Positions 42,312 to 51,854 of a stretch of DNA of 64,000 nucleotides are shown one piece after another. Source of the DNA: Escherichia coli (lineage in GTDB: Bacteria > Pseudomonadota > Gammaproteobacteria > Enterobacterales > Enterobacteriaceae); assembly GCF_003790525.1 (NCBI RefSeq), contig NZ_CP033633.1, one strand, 5' to 3'. Every line of letters starts with the position of its first letter. The stretch's first letter is position 1. Under the pieces are notes generated by a model. That model did not search any database. It was not told where the DNA came from and saw nothing but the letters and a program-made list of their open reading frames with translations. The translations under genes were made by a program, and so were the position numbers.

Positions 42312-42839
42312 ATGAGTGCACGTGGTATCAACAAGGTCATCCTCGTCGGGCGTCTGGGCAATGATCCGGAAGTCCGTTACATCCCCAACGGGGGCGCAGT
42401 GGCAAACCTGCAGGTGGCCACGTCAGAAAGCTGGCGCGACAAACAGACGGGGGAGATGCGGGAGCAGACGGAATGGCACCGCGTGGTGCTGTTCGGCAAG
42501 CTCGCGGAAGTGGCAGGTGAATATCTGCGCAAGGGCGCGCAGGTCTACATCGAGGGGCAACTCCGTACCCGTAGCTGGGAAGATAACGGTATCACCCGTT
42601 ACGTCACTGAAATTCTTGTTAAGACCACGGGCACCATGCAGATGCTGGGGAGTGCACCACAGCAGAACGCTCAGGCGCAACCGAAGCCTCAGCAGAATGG
42701 GCAGCCACAGAGTGCTGACGCGACGAAAAAAGGTGGCGCGAAAACGAAAGGCCGTGGACGTAAGGCCGCGCAGCCCGAGTCTCAGCCGCAACCGCCGGAG
42801 GGGGAGGATTACGGGTTTTCAGACGATATCCCGTTCTGA
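42312..42839 (+). CDS. ssb: plasmid single-stranded DNA-binding protein
   Basis: 175 aa; OB-fold N-terminus, Gln/Pro-rich linker, acidic tail ...DDIPF. Confidence 0.9.
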   Translation: MSARGINKVILVGRLGNDPEVRYIPNGGAVANLQVATSESWRDKQTGEMREQTEWHRVVLFGKLAEVAGEYLRKGAQVYIEGQLRTRSWEDNGITRYVTEILVKTTGTMQMLGSAPQQNAQAQPKPQQNGQPQSADATKKGGAKTKGRGRKAAQPESQPQPPEGEDYGFSDDIPF

Positions 42840-42857
42840 CTGGCCTGACTGTGATAA

Positions 42858-43130
<273 letters not shown>

Positions 43131-43193
43131 GAGAGGTGCCGGACGGGAACGCGTCCGGCAGACATACAACCATCCCGGTCAAAGGAGAAATAT

Positions 43194-45151
43194 ATGTCAG
43201 TTACAGAGTCTAAGACAAAAACGGAGCGTAAATCCAGCCGTAAACCTGCAAAAACGCAGGAAACTGCACTGTCTGCCCTGCTGGCGCAGACGGAGGAAGT
43301 GAGCGTGCCGCTGGATTCACTGATTAAATCACCGCTGAATGTGCGCACGGTGCCGTATTCTGCGGAGTCCGTCAGTGAACTGGCTGATTCCATTAAGGGA
43401 GTCGGCCTGCTGCAGAATCTGGTTGTTCATGCCCTGCCAGGTGACCGTTACGGTGTCGCCGCAGGTGGTCGCCGACTGGCAGCACTCAACATGCTGGCAG
43501 AGCGTGACATCATTCAGGCTGACTGGCCTGTCCGCGTGAAAATTATTCCGCAGGAGCTGGCGACGGCTGCATCGATGACCGAGAACGGTCATCGTCGGGA
43601 TATGCACCCTGCCGAACAGATTGCCGGATTCCGCGCAATGGCGCAGGAAGGCAAAACACCTGCGCAAATCGGTGATTTGCTGGGCTATTCACCCCGCCAT
43701 GTCCAGCGAATGCTGAAACTGGCTGACCTTGCGCCTGTCATCCTCGATGCGCTGGCAGAAGACCGCATCACCACCGAACACTGTCAGGCGCTGGCGCTGG
43801 AGAACGACACCGCGCGTCAGGTGCAGGTGTTTGAAGCCGCCTGCCAGTCAGGATGGGGTGGAAAACCGGATGTGCGGGTTATCCGCAACCTGATTACGGA
43901 AAGTGAAGTGGCGGTGAAGGACAACACTAAATTTCGCTTTGTGGGGGCTGATGCTTTCTCGCCTGACGAACTGCGCACCGATTTGTTCAGCGATGACGGG
44001 GACGGTTATGTCGACCGCGTGGCGCTCGATGCCGCCCTGCTGGAAAAACTCCAGGTTGTTGCAGAGTCCCTTCGGGAAGCAGAAGGCTGGGAATGGTGCG
44101 CCGGGCGCATGGAGCCAGTCGGTGAGTGCCGTGAGGATGCCGGAACATACCGCTGTCTGCCGGAGCCGGAAGCGGTGCTGACGGAGGCGGAAGAAGAACG
44201 CCTGAACGAACTGATGACGCGTTACGACGCGCTGGAAAACCAGTGTGAGGAATCCGACCTGCTGGAAGCAGAAATGAAGCTGATGCGCTGCATGGCGAAG
44301 GTCAGAGCGTGGACGCCGGAGATACGTGCCGGAAGCGGTGTGGTGGTGTCCTGGCGTTATGGCAACGTATGTGTCCAGCGTGGTGTGCAGTTGCGCAGTG
44401 AAGATGACGCGACTGACGACGCTGACCGCACGGAACAGGTGCAGGAGAAAGCGTCAGTGGAGGAAATCAGTCTGCCACTGCTGACGAAAATGTCTTCCGA
44501 ACGCACGCTGGCAGTCCAGGCGGCACTGATGCAGCAACCGGACAAATCCCTGACACTGCTGGCATGGACGCTCTGCCTGAATGTGTTTGGCAGCGGAGCG
44601 TACAGTAAACCAGCACAAATCAGCCTGGAATGTAAACATTATTCGCTGACCAGCGATGCGCCGTCAGGGAAGGAAGGTGCCGCATTCATGGCGCTGATGG
44701 CAGAAAAAGCCCGTCTTGCGGCCCTGTACCGGAGGGATGGTCACGGGACATGACGACATTCCTTTCACTCAGTCAGGAGGTGCTGTTATCCCTGCTCAGT
44801 TTCTGCACCGCGTGCAGCATCCACGGCGTTCAGACCCGCGAGTGTGGTCACACGTCACGCAGCCCGCTGGACACGCTGGAGAGCGCCATCGGTTTTCACA
44901 TGCGCGACTGGTGGCAGCCGACAAAAGCAAACTTCTTCGGACACCTGAAAAAGCCGCAGATTATCGCAGCCCTGAATGAGGCAGGACTGTCCGGTGCCGC
45001 ACGGGACGCGGAGAAGATGAAGAAAGGCGATGCGGCTGAACATGCAGAGTTCCATATGAAAGACAACCGCTGGGTGCCTGGCTGGATGTGTGCACCACGT
45101 CCACAGACGGATACCACTGAACGCACTGATAACCTGGCTGATGCCGCCTGA
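43194..45151 (+). pseudogene. ParB-like nuclease-domain protein (leading-region ParB/YubM-like) split by a frameshift near 44750
   Basis: ORFs 43194-44753 (519 aa, ParB/Srx-like motif ...VAAGGRRLAAL...) and 44750-45151 (133 aa) together span the ~650 aa expected. Confidence 0.65.
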
Positions 45152-45202
45152 TGAACAACCACACCGCCCCGCCGGAGACGGGGCGGCAGCAAGGGAGATA
45201 CC

Positions 45203-45640
45203 GTGATGAAAACTGAACTGACCCTGAATGTCCTGCAGACCATGAACGCACAGGAATATGAAGATATCCGTGCTGCGGGAAGCGATATGCGCCGTAATCT
45301 CACTCACGAGGTGATGCGTAAAGTGGACGCACCGGCTAACTGGATGATGAATGGCGAGTATGGCAGTGAGTTCGGGGGCTTTTTCCCCGTCCAGGTTCGT
45401 TTCACGCCAGCCCACGAACGTTTCCACCTGGCATTATGTTCGCCGGGAGACGTCTCTCAACTCTGGATGCTGGTTCTGGTGAATGGTGGTGGACAGCCTT
45501 TCGCCGTCGTTCAGGTGCAACATATCTTCACGCCTGTCGCGATCAGTCACACGCTGGCGCTCGCCGCGACACTTGATGCGCAGGGATACAGTGTTAACGA
45601 CATCATTCATATTTTGATGGCAGAAGGAGGTCAGGCATGA
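45203..45640 (+). CDS. psiB: PsiB, plasmid SOS inhibition protein B
   Basis: [27 protein letters not shown]...[10 protein letters not shown], near-identical to F PsiB. Confidence 0.9.
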   Translation: MMKTELTLNVLQTMNAQEYEDIRAAGSDMRRNLTHEVMRKVDAPANWMMNGEYGSEFGGFFPVQVRFTPAHERFHLALCSPGDVSQLWMLVLVNGGGQPFAVVQVQHIFTPVAISHTLALAATLDAQGYSVNDIIHILMAEGGQA

Positions 45641-46356
45641 GCGCACGTTCACGGGCACTGATCCCCCTCAGCGCAGAACAACAGGCCGCCATGCAGGCTG
45701 TGGCTGTCACCGAACAACGTCGTCGTCAGGGACGCACACTTTCAGCATGGCCTTATGCCAGCGCTTTCTTTCGCTGCCTGAATGGCAGTCGCCGGATTTC
45801 GCTGACCGATCTCCGCTTTTTTGCCCCTGCGCTGACGAAGGAGGAATTTCATGGCAACCGTCTCCTGTGGCTGGCTGCCGTGGATAAACTGATTGAAAGT
45901 TTTGGTGAAGTCTGTGTTCTTCCCCTGCCATCCGATGCGGGGCATCGTCTGTTCCCGTCTGTTCCTTTTCGTGAAGGTGAGCGTCGTCGTCAGAAAACCA
46001 CGCTGACAGAGCAGAAATACAGCCGCCAGCGGGAACGTGAGGCAGAACGACGGGAACTGGAATACCAGACATGTTTTGCTCAGGCGCAGATTGACCTTGC
46101 GTTTCATACTCCCGCCACGGTCGGAAGCTGGTTGTCCCGCTGGTCTGGTGCTGTTGAGGAGCATGATCTGGAAACGATTTTCTGGGGGTGGTGCGGGCGT
46201 TTTCCGTCACTGTCATCATTTGACCGGTTTTTCTGGCAGGAGGGACCACTCTGGCGGCTGATTTTTGAAGCCGGTGAGGCCGGTCGTGGTGCACCGGTAC
46301 AGGTACGTGCACTTGAGCAGTGGATGATCCCGAACAAGCTGGAGAACGTAATATGA
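45637..46356 (+). CDS. psiA: PsiA, plasmid SOS inhibition protein A
   Basis: 239-aa ORF overlapping psiB stop; [22 protein letters not shown]... Confidence 0.85.
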   Translation: MSARSRALIPLSAEQQAAMQAVAVTEQRRRQGRTLSAWPYASAFFRCLNGSRRISLTDLRFFAPALTKEEFHGNRLLWLAAVDKLIESFGEVCVLPLPSDAGHRLFPSVPFREGERRRQKTTLTEQKYSRQREREAERRELEYQTCFAQAQIDLAFHTPATVGSWLSRWSGAVEEHDLETIFWGWCGRFPSLSSFDRFFWQEGPLWRLIFEAGEAGRGAPVQVRALEQWMIPNKLENVI

Positions 46357-46949
46357 TGAAATCAGACGAAAAATATCAGGTTCCCGTGTGGATGCGACCT
46401 CTGTTGCCGTTGCTCTGCAACACCGGGGGGAACGATCCGGAAGAACTGCTGAATGATACAGCAACCACTGTCAGTGCGAATGTTGTCCGTTATGTACTGA
46501 TAGTTGCTGTGCGGTCGCAGGTTGATCTGCTGCAGATTCTGTACAGGAAAGGGCTGTTGCGCACAGAGATACCAGGTGGCTTTTCACCGGAAGAAGCGCA
46601 GGCACTCCTGGATAATCTGGTGCGCAGCCATATCAGCAGGGCGCTGTCGGGTGAGCGAATGGCAGCCCGTGACAGAAATGCCGATCTGGCCTGGATTCGA
46701 CAGCAACTGGTCGATGCCGCCTGGTTTGTCCGTGCCACACTGGAGGCGCATGGGATGGGCGTCGGAAATGAGAGTCCCCCTGCTCAGCCGGAGACAATGC
46801 CGGACATACAGACACGGGAACTGGTGATGTTGATCAAGCGACTGGCATCATCGCTGAAAGCGGTGAAACCGGACAGTTGTGTGGTGCGTGAAGCGCAGGA
46901 CTGGCTGCGCGACAGAAAACTTGTGAGCATCACGGATGTTCTTCGGTGA
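46353..46949 (+). CDS. hypothetical leading-region protein
   Basis: 198-aa ORF; ATG overlaps psiA stop (ATGA). Confidence 0.5.
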   Translation: MMKSDEKYQVPVWMRPLLPLLCNTGGNDPEELLNDTATTVSANVVRYVLIVAVRSQVDLLQILYRKGLLRTEIPGGFSPEEAQALLDNLVRSHISRALSGERMAARDRNADLAWIRQQLVDAAWFVRATLEAHGMGVGNESPPAQPETMPDIQTRELVMLIKRLASSLKAVKPDSCVVREAQDWLRDRKLVSITDVLR

Positions 46950-47055
46950 ACCAGTGGAGGTATGCTTGAGGGGCAGGGACATGCCGGTCATGATCGTTTC
47001 GTTCCAGGGGTGGTCTGGAGATCATGCGGTGTGCTCCCTGCTCTCGCCGGAATAA

Positions 47056-47402
47056 GGACGTCGCCGGCGGCTCCGCTTTTACCCGGCCATGCGGGGCATG
47101 GCCTTGTGGGTTTTCAGGTATGAAGCCATCGTGTCGTGTGCGGGCTGTGCCGTGCCTCCATCGTAGCCGGGCTTCTGCGGGCGGGATGCAAAGGTACGCT
47201 TCGCCGCTGCGGTCACCCGGTCCCTCCTTCCCGTCTGCCGTGATTTTCCGGTCGTTCACCCGCTCAGATTTCGCGGTCTCACCCTCCAACTCCCGTCAGC
47301 CGTGCGCGTCGGGCTGCGGCTTTCCTTGCGCCCTTGCATCCCTGCAGGCCCGGCAAGGATGGAGGCACGGCACCGCCCGGTGCCGCAGAACATGTGACTA
47401 TG
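47056..47402 (+). repeat. structured non-coding repeat, family A copy 2 (ssi/Frpo-like candidate) upstream of ardA
   Basis: Near-identical to 40103-40447. Confidence 0.6.
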
Positions 47403-47414
47403 GAGGATTCGGGA

Positions 47415-47915
47415 ATGTCTGTTGTTGCACCTGCTGTATACGTTGGAACCTGGCACAAATACAACTGCGGAAGCATCGCCGGACGCTGGTTTGACCTGAC
47501 CACGTTTGATGATGAACGCGATTTTTTCGCCGCCTGCCGTGCCCTTCACCAGGATGAAACCGATCCGGAACTGATGTTTCAGGATTATGAGGGATTCCCG
47601 GGGAATATGGCCTCTGAATGTCATATCAACTGGGCCTGGGTTGAAGGCTTCCGCCGGGCGCGGGATGAAGGCTGCGAAGAGGCTTATCGTCTCTGGGTGG
47701 ATGATACCGGTGAGACGGATTTTGACACCTTCCGCGATGCCTGGTGGGGCGAGGCTGACAGTGAGGAGGCTTTTGCGGTTGAGTTCGCCAGTGATACCGG
47801 CCTGCTGGCTGGCGTGCCGGAGACGGTGGCGCTCTATTTTGACTATGAGGCGTATGCGCGGGATTTATTCCTGGACTCCTTCACCTTTATTGACGGTCAT
47901 GTGTTCCGTCGGTGA
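47415..47915 (+). CDS. ardA: ArdA antirestriction protein (DNA mimic)
   Basis: 166 aa from ATG 47415: MSVVAPAVYVGTWHKYNCGSIAGRWFDLTTFDDERDFFAACRALHQDE...; highly acidic. Confidence 0.85.
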   Translation: MSVVAPAVYVGTWHKYNCGSIAGRWFDLTTFDDERDFFAACRALHQDETDPELMFQDYEGFPGNMASECHINWAWVEGFRRARDEGCEEAYRLWVDDTGETDFDTFRDAWWGEADSEEAFAVEFASDTGLLAGVPETVALYFDYEAYARDLFLDSFTFIDGHVFRR

Positions 47916-48097
47916 TTTACTCCCCCGCTCCGGCGGGGGTATGGCCTGCCGGGCCGCCGGAAAACCCTGGCAGGCTTACGCCTGCCTGAAATGCAGGAGG
48001 GCCGCGCCTGCGGCGCTGCCCTTCCTGCCCGTCATGGTGTGAGGCATTTTTCTGTTATGTCGTTTCTGTTGTTCTGATTTCCGGAGGCGGGGACACC

Positions 48098-48640
48098 CTT
48101 CGGCTCCCGGCTGCCTGGCGGCATCCGGTCGTCAGGCCCGACTCCGACAGGCAGCTGCTGGCGCACCCGCCAGTCTCCGCCGAACCCGCTGGCGCGGTTT
48201 CGGGCTGCCGCTACGGTCCGATGTCTGAAAAACCAGGCCTGCAGCGACCGTTCCGGTCGCGCCGCCCCTGTCGCGCCGGAAACGGCGCTCCCTGCACACC
48301 TGACGGTGTGTAAGGCCACTGCGCCTGATGGCGCAGTTGTCTGCCCTTCCGCCGCCACCCCTGCGGCCTGTTTCCCGCTGTGGACTTTCCGGGGGCTGAA
48401 GCGGCCACAACACGTTTCAGCCGTCCAGGGGAGAGATGTACCAGCCACAAAACTTTTTGCCGCAGGCGTCAAAAACTTTTGCGTCTGCCCCCGGACAACT
48501 GCCCCGTGCCGTGGCAGTCGCTGCCCCATCGGAAAGGTCCACTGCGGGGAGAAACCCCGAAGAAGTGGACGGCAGAAGGGGCTTTCGCCCCTCCGGGGAA
48601 TAACCGGTCGGCCCGGCGACCTGATTCAGCAGAAGGAGAC
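48098..48640 (+). repeat. structured non-coding repeat, family B copy 2
   Basis: Paralogue of 41745-42300. Confidence 0.6.
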
Positions 48641-48646
48641 GTTTTC

Positions 48647-49081
48647 ATGACAGTCAGCAGCACGATTTCCGTTTTTTGCCGAGACGGGGTGTTCCGTACC
48701 GTTTACTGCCACCTGCACGGTGAGCCGACCTGGAACGGTCGCATCCTGCATACCCACTATGCCACCGGTCAGCTGGCCGAAGCCCTGGTTGAACACGGAG
48801 ATATCCGTTGCCTCGGTCCCCGTTGCGACAAACCCGCCGGGCATACGCTTCAGAACCCGGTGGACGGTGTGACGGCTTATTACGGACGTGACAGTGGTTT
48901 CCGGATGGACAGTGAAGCGCGTGAGTACCGCTCTTTCAGGGAGGCTATTGCCACTGAAAGCACAGAAGAGGTGCGCTTCCATTATGTGTTCATCGACGGC
49001 TACTGGAAGGTGATGTACCGCACGCCGGAAGGCTGGAAGATGAAAGCGCTCGCGCTGGCACTGCGTCGCTGTCCGGAATGA
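48647..49081 (+). CDS. hypothetical leading-region protein (Cys/His-containing)
   Basis: 144 aa from ATG 48647 (MTVSSTISVFCRDGVFRTVYCHLHGEPTWNGR...); SD aggaga 9 nt upstream. Confidence 0.55.
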   Translation: MTVSSTISVFCRDGVFRTVYCHLHGEPTWNGRILHTHYATGQLAEALVEHGDIRCLGPRCDKPAGHTLQNPVDGVTAYYGRDSGFRMDSEAREYRSFREAIATESTEEVRFHYVFIDGYWKVMYRTPEGWKMKALALALRRCPE

Positions 49082-49173
49082 AAAAAAGCAGGGCGATAAA
49101 CCCTGCCTTTCTCCGCCGGCGCTTCCCCGTACGGAAGTCCGGCATCTCATTCACTAACTATGGAGATTATGCT

Positions 49174-49440
49174 ATGAGGCCATCAATTATCTTCGCAACC
49201 GCCGAGTATGTAAAGCGTCTGCGTGAAGAGTGCCGGCGGGAGAACAAACCCCTGCACCGCCATACCCGCTTCAGACGCCAGGAACTGGCACCGGATGAGA
49301 TTAACCCGGACGTCCTGGCGATGGGCGGTCATATCGCCAGACGCTGCAGTGAGCGGAAGCGGGTGCGTATCCCCGCCATGAAAGTCAGCGAATGGGGCCA
49401 CCTGCTCCGCGCGCTTGAAATTGAGCGGGTCTGCCACTGA
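49174..49440 (+). CDS. hypothetical basic small protein
   Basis: 88 aa from ATG 49174 (MRPSIIFATAEYVKRLREE...); SD ggaga upstream. Confidence 0.45.
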   Translation: MRPSIIFATAEYVKRLREECRRENKPLHRHTRFRRQELAPDEINPDVLAMGGHIARRCSERKRVRIPAMKVSEWGHLLRALEIERVCH

Positions 49441-49504
49441 TTAACCCTTGCCGTCTGCCTGTGCAGGCGGCAGGATACGTTCAGACATCTCACCAGGAGG
49501 AACC

Positions 49505-50467
49505 GTGAGTAAGAAGAAAACCACCACGACGCCCACGCCGCATGATGCCGCGTTCCGGTCGTTCCTGGCGAACCCCGACGTCGCCAGAGATTTTCTGGAA
49601 CTGCATCTTCCGGCGGAGTACCGGCAGTTGTGCGACCTGTCCACGCTGAAGCTGGAACCCGCCACCTTTGTTGAGCCGGACCTGCATCAGTACGCCAGCG
49701 ATATCCTCTGGAGTGTGAAAACCACCGGGGGTGAAGACGGCTATATTTATACGCTCATCGAGCACCAGAGCACCGAAAATCTGTACATGCCTTTCCGCAT
49801 GTTACGTTACAGTGTGGCGGCGATGCAGAGACATCTGGAGCAGCACAAAACATTGCCACTGGTGATTCCGGTGCTGTTCTATCATGGTGAGCGCAGCCCG
49901 TACCCGTACAGCATGAACTGGCTGGACTGTTTTGAGGATCCGGCGCTTGCGGCTAAAATATACACAAAGCCGTTTCCGCTGGTTGATATCACTGTCGTTG
50001 ATGACAATGAAATCATGAACCATCGCCGGATGGCCGCACTGACGCTGCTGATGAAGCATATCCGCCATCGTGACATGATGGAGCTGCTGGACAAACTCCC
50101 GCAGGTCATGGTGGAAATTTCAGACGAGCAGGTGCGTGTTCTGATTCATTACATCGTTAACGCAGGGGACTCTGTATCACCGGAATTTATGCGGGCGCTG
50201 GCTGAGCGTCTGCCGCAGCATGAGGATAAACTGATGACTATTGCCGAACGTCTTGAGCAGCAAGGAATACAGAAAGGAATACAGCAGGGAATACAGCAGG
50301 GAATACAGCAGGGAATACAGCAGGGAATACAGCAGGGAATACAGAAAGGCCGCATGGAGGAGAAGCAGGATATTGCGCGTCAGCTTCAGAAAACGGGAAT
50401 GCCATCTGCACAAATCTGTCAGATCACCGGACTTTCCGAAGCTGAACTGAAGAACATCACTCACTGA
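49505..50467 (+). CDS. Rpn-family (YhgA-like, PD-(D/E)XK) recombination-promoting nuclease with repeat-containing C-terminal tail
   Basis: GTG start with SD caggagga; N-terminal HDAAFRSFL...DFLELHLP...IEHQS...FRMLRYS motifs; C-terminal GIQ[QK] x7 repeat then conserved tail. Confidence 0.75.
   Translation: MSKKKTTTTPTPHDAAFRSFLANPDVARDFLELHLPAEYRQLCDLSTLKLEPATFVEPDLHQYASDILWSVKTTGGEDGYIYTLIEHQSTENLYMPFRMLRYSVAAMQRHLEQHKTLPLVIPVLFYHGERSPYPYSMNWLDCFEDPALAAKIYTKPFPLVDITVVDDNEIMNHRRMAALTLLMKHIRHRDMMELLDKLPQVMVEISDEQVRVLIHYIVNAGDSVSPEFMRALAERLPQHEDKLMTIAERLEQQGIQKGIQQGIQQGIQQGIQQGIQQGIQKGRMEEKQDIARQLQKTGMPSAQICQITGLSEAELKNITH
50234..50467 (+). CDS. putative intragenic small ORF (RpnS-like) from an internal in-frame SD+ATG within the Rpn gene
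   Basis: gagga-N7-ATG at 50234; product MTIAERLEQQ(GIQx)n...TGLSEAELKNITH parallels the two stand-alone downstream cassettes. Confidence 0.4.
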   Translation: MTIAERLEQQGIQKGIQQGIQQGIQQGIQQGIQQGIQKGRMEEKQDIARQLQKTGMPSAQICQITGLSEAELKNITH

Positions 50468-50475
50468 TGAGAACC

Positions 50476-50506
50476 ACAAAGCCCGGCAAAATGCCGGGTT
50501 TTTTTG
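50476..50506 (+). terminator. hairpin + T-run after the Rpn gene
   Basis: aagcccggcaaaatgccgggttttttt. Confidence 0.6.
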
Positions 50507-50529
50507 TCAGCAGGAGCAGAGCAAACAGT

Positions 50530-50703
50530 ATGACGATTGCAGAACGTCTTGAGCAAAAAGGTCGCCAGGAGGGCAGGATGGAAGGTGCGCTTGAAAAAGC
50601 CCTGGCTATTGCGTGCCAGCTTCAGAAAATGGGGATGACGCCGGAGCAGATTAAGCAGGCTACCGGACTGTCCGAAGCTGAACTGAAAAAAATCATTCAC
50701 TGA
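50530..50703 (+). CDS. stand-alone Rpn C-terminal-tail paralogue (orphan RpnS-like cassette 1)
   Basis: 57 aa MTIAERLEQKGRQEGRMEGALEKALAIACQLQKMGMTPEQIKQATGLSEAELKKIIH; own SD and ATG. Confidence 0.5.
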   Translation: MTIAERLEQKGRQEGRMEGALEKALAIACQLQKMGMTPEQIKQATGLSEAELKKIIH

Positions 50704-50714
50704 TGAGAGCATCA

Positions 50715-50743
50715 CAGCCCGGAAGAATGCCGGGCTTTTTTGC
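50715..50743 (+). terminator. hairpin + T-run after cassette 1
   Basis: cagcccggaagaatgccgggctttttt. Confidence 0.6.
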
Positions 50744-50761
50744 CAGCAGGGGCAGAGCAGT

Positions 50762-50992
50762 ATGACTATTGCAGAACGTCTTATACAGAAAGGTTTCGAC
50801 GAAGGTTTTAAAGAAAGTTTTAAAGAAAGTTTTAAAGAAGGCTTTAAAGAAGGCTTTAAAGAAGGGGCGCTTGAAGTGGCGCGGGAAATAGCCTGCCGGC
50901 TGCGGGATATAGGCTGGCCGCCGGAACGGATTCAGGAGGTCACGGGACTTTCCGGTGAAGAACTGAAAAAGCTGTTTCCTGATGAGCAGTAG
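50762..50992 (+). CDS. stand-alone Rpn C-terminal-tail paralogue (orphan RpnS-like cassette 2) with FKE[SG] repeats
   Basis: 76 aa MTIAERLIQKGFDEGFKESFKESFKEGFKEGFKEGALEVAREIACRLRDIGWPPERIQEVTGLSGEELKKLFPDEQ. Confidence 0.5.
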   Translation: MTIAERLIQKGFDEGFKESFKESFKEGFKEGFKEGALEVAREIACRLRDIGWPPERIQEVTGLSGEELKKLFPDEQ

Positions 50993-51022
50993 CCTGGCAT
51001 TCAGCCAGGCTGTGAATCATGC

Positions 51023-51274
51023 TCACACATCCTCTGCCGTTTCCCCCAGTTCATTTTCCAGACGCCTGATGATATCTGCCTTACGCATCCCCTGCATGTG
51101 AGGCAGCAGGTCACGGACTGAAAGAGCCTGGGTGGTCCTCCAGACGGTGACGTCCACCTGTTCCGCATTTTCCCAGGCGTGCCATGTTCTCTGCGTCACG
51201 CCAAATTCTCTGGCCGCTTTTTCGCGTGACCAGAGCATGCTTTTTCGCCAGATTCGCAGTTCCCAGCCGGTCAT
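51023..51274 (-). CDS. small putative DNA-binding regulator (HTH-like), antisense to the leading-region block
   Basis: 83-aa ORF; promoter-side intergenic region carries GTGAA-N5-TTCAC palindromes. Confidence 0.4.
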   Translation of the reverse strand: MTGWELRIWRKSMLWSREKAAREFGVTQRTWHAWENAEQVDVTVWRTTQALSVRDLLPHMQGMRKADIIRRLENELGETAEDV

Positions 51275-51291
51275 AAAACACCTTTGAAAAA

Positions 51292-51374
51292 GTGAAAAAA
51301 CTTCACTTTATTTTATCACCATAATTGCCAAATCAGCGCGATAAATAAGTGTGAAAAAAGTGAAGAAATTTCAC
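51292..51374. promoter_or_regulatory. two 15-bp palindromes GTGAA-N5-TTCAC (51292-51306, 51360-51374): candidate operator pair
   Basis: gtgaaaaaacttcac and gtgaagaaatttcac, plus extra GTGAA half-site at 51351. Confidence 0.45.
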
Positions 51375-51469
51375 TTTTTTTGGTTGCAGATGTCGTGCGG
51401 TTTTCTCTGTTTTCACCTGTGCGGGAGTGGTGCGCCAGTGACCACAGCATGCCGTTGTTGTGCCGTCGG

Positions 51470-51850
51470 TTTTCTCCGGTCGCGCCGGATGCGGCGCTCC
51501 CTGCACACCTGACGGTGTGTAAGGCCACTGCGCCTGATGGCGCAGCTGTCTCTGCCTGTCTGCCGCCGCACTGCGGCCCGTTCTCCGCAGACGAACTTTC
51601 CGGGGGTACATACACGACCACATCCCGTTTCAGTCGTCCAGGGGAGAGATGTACCAGCCACAAAACTTTTTGCCGCAGGCGTCAAAAACTTTTGCGTCTG
51701 CCCCCGGACAACTGCCCCGTGACGTGGTGAGCGTCCCCCGTCGGAAAGGTCCACTGCGGGGAAATCCCCGAAGACCCGGACGGCAGAAGGAGCTTCGCTC
51801 CTCCGGGAAATGACCTGGCTGACCCGGCAGTCGTGACGATGAGGAGACAA
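51470..51850 (+). repeat. structured non-coding repeat, family B copy 3 (5'-truncated)
   Basis: Collinear with the 3' ~380 bp of 48098-48640. Confidence 0.55.
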
Positions 51851-51854
51851 TGTG

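Noticed and set aside
44855-45427. 190-aa minus-strand ORF across the parB-like/psiB region
   Set aside because: Antisense to well-supported psiB and the parB-like gene; no start context
50264-50870. Short regularly spaced direct repeats that could be mistaken for a CRISPR array
   Set aside because: Units are 12 bp with no spacers, lie inside ORFs and encode in-frame peptide repeats; no cas genes in the window
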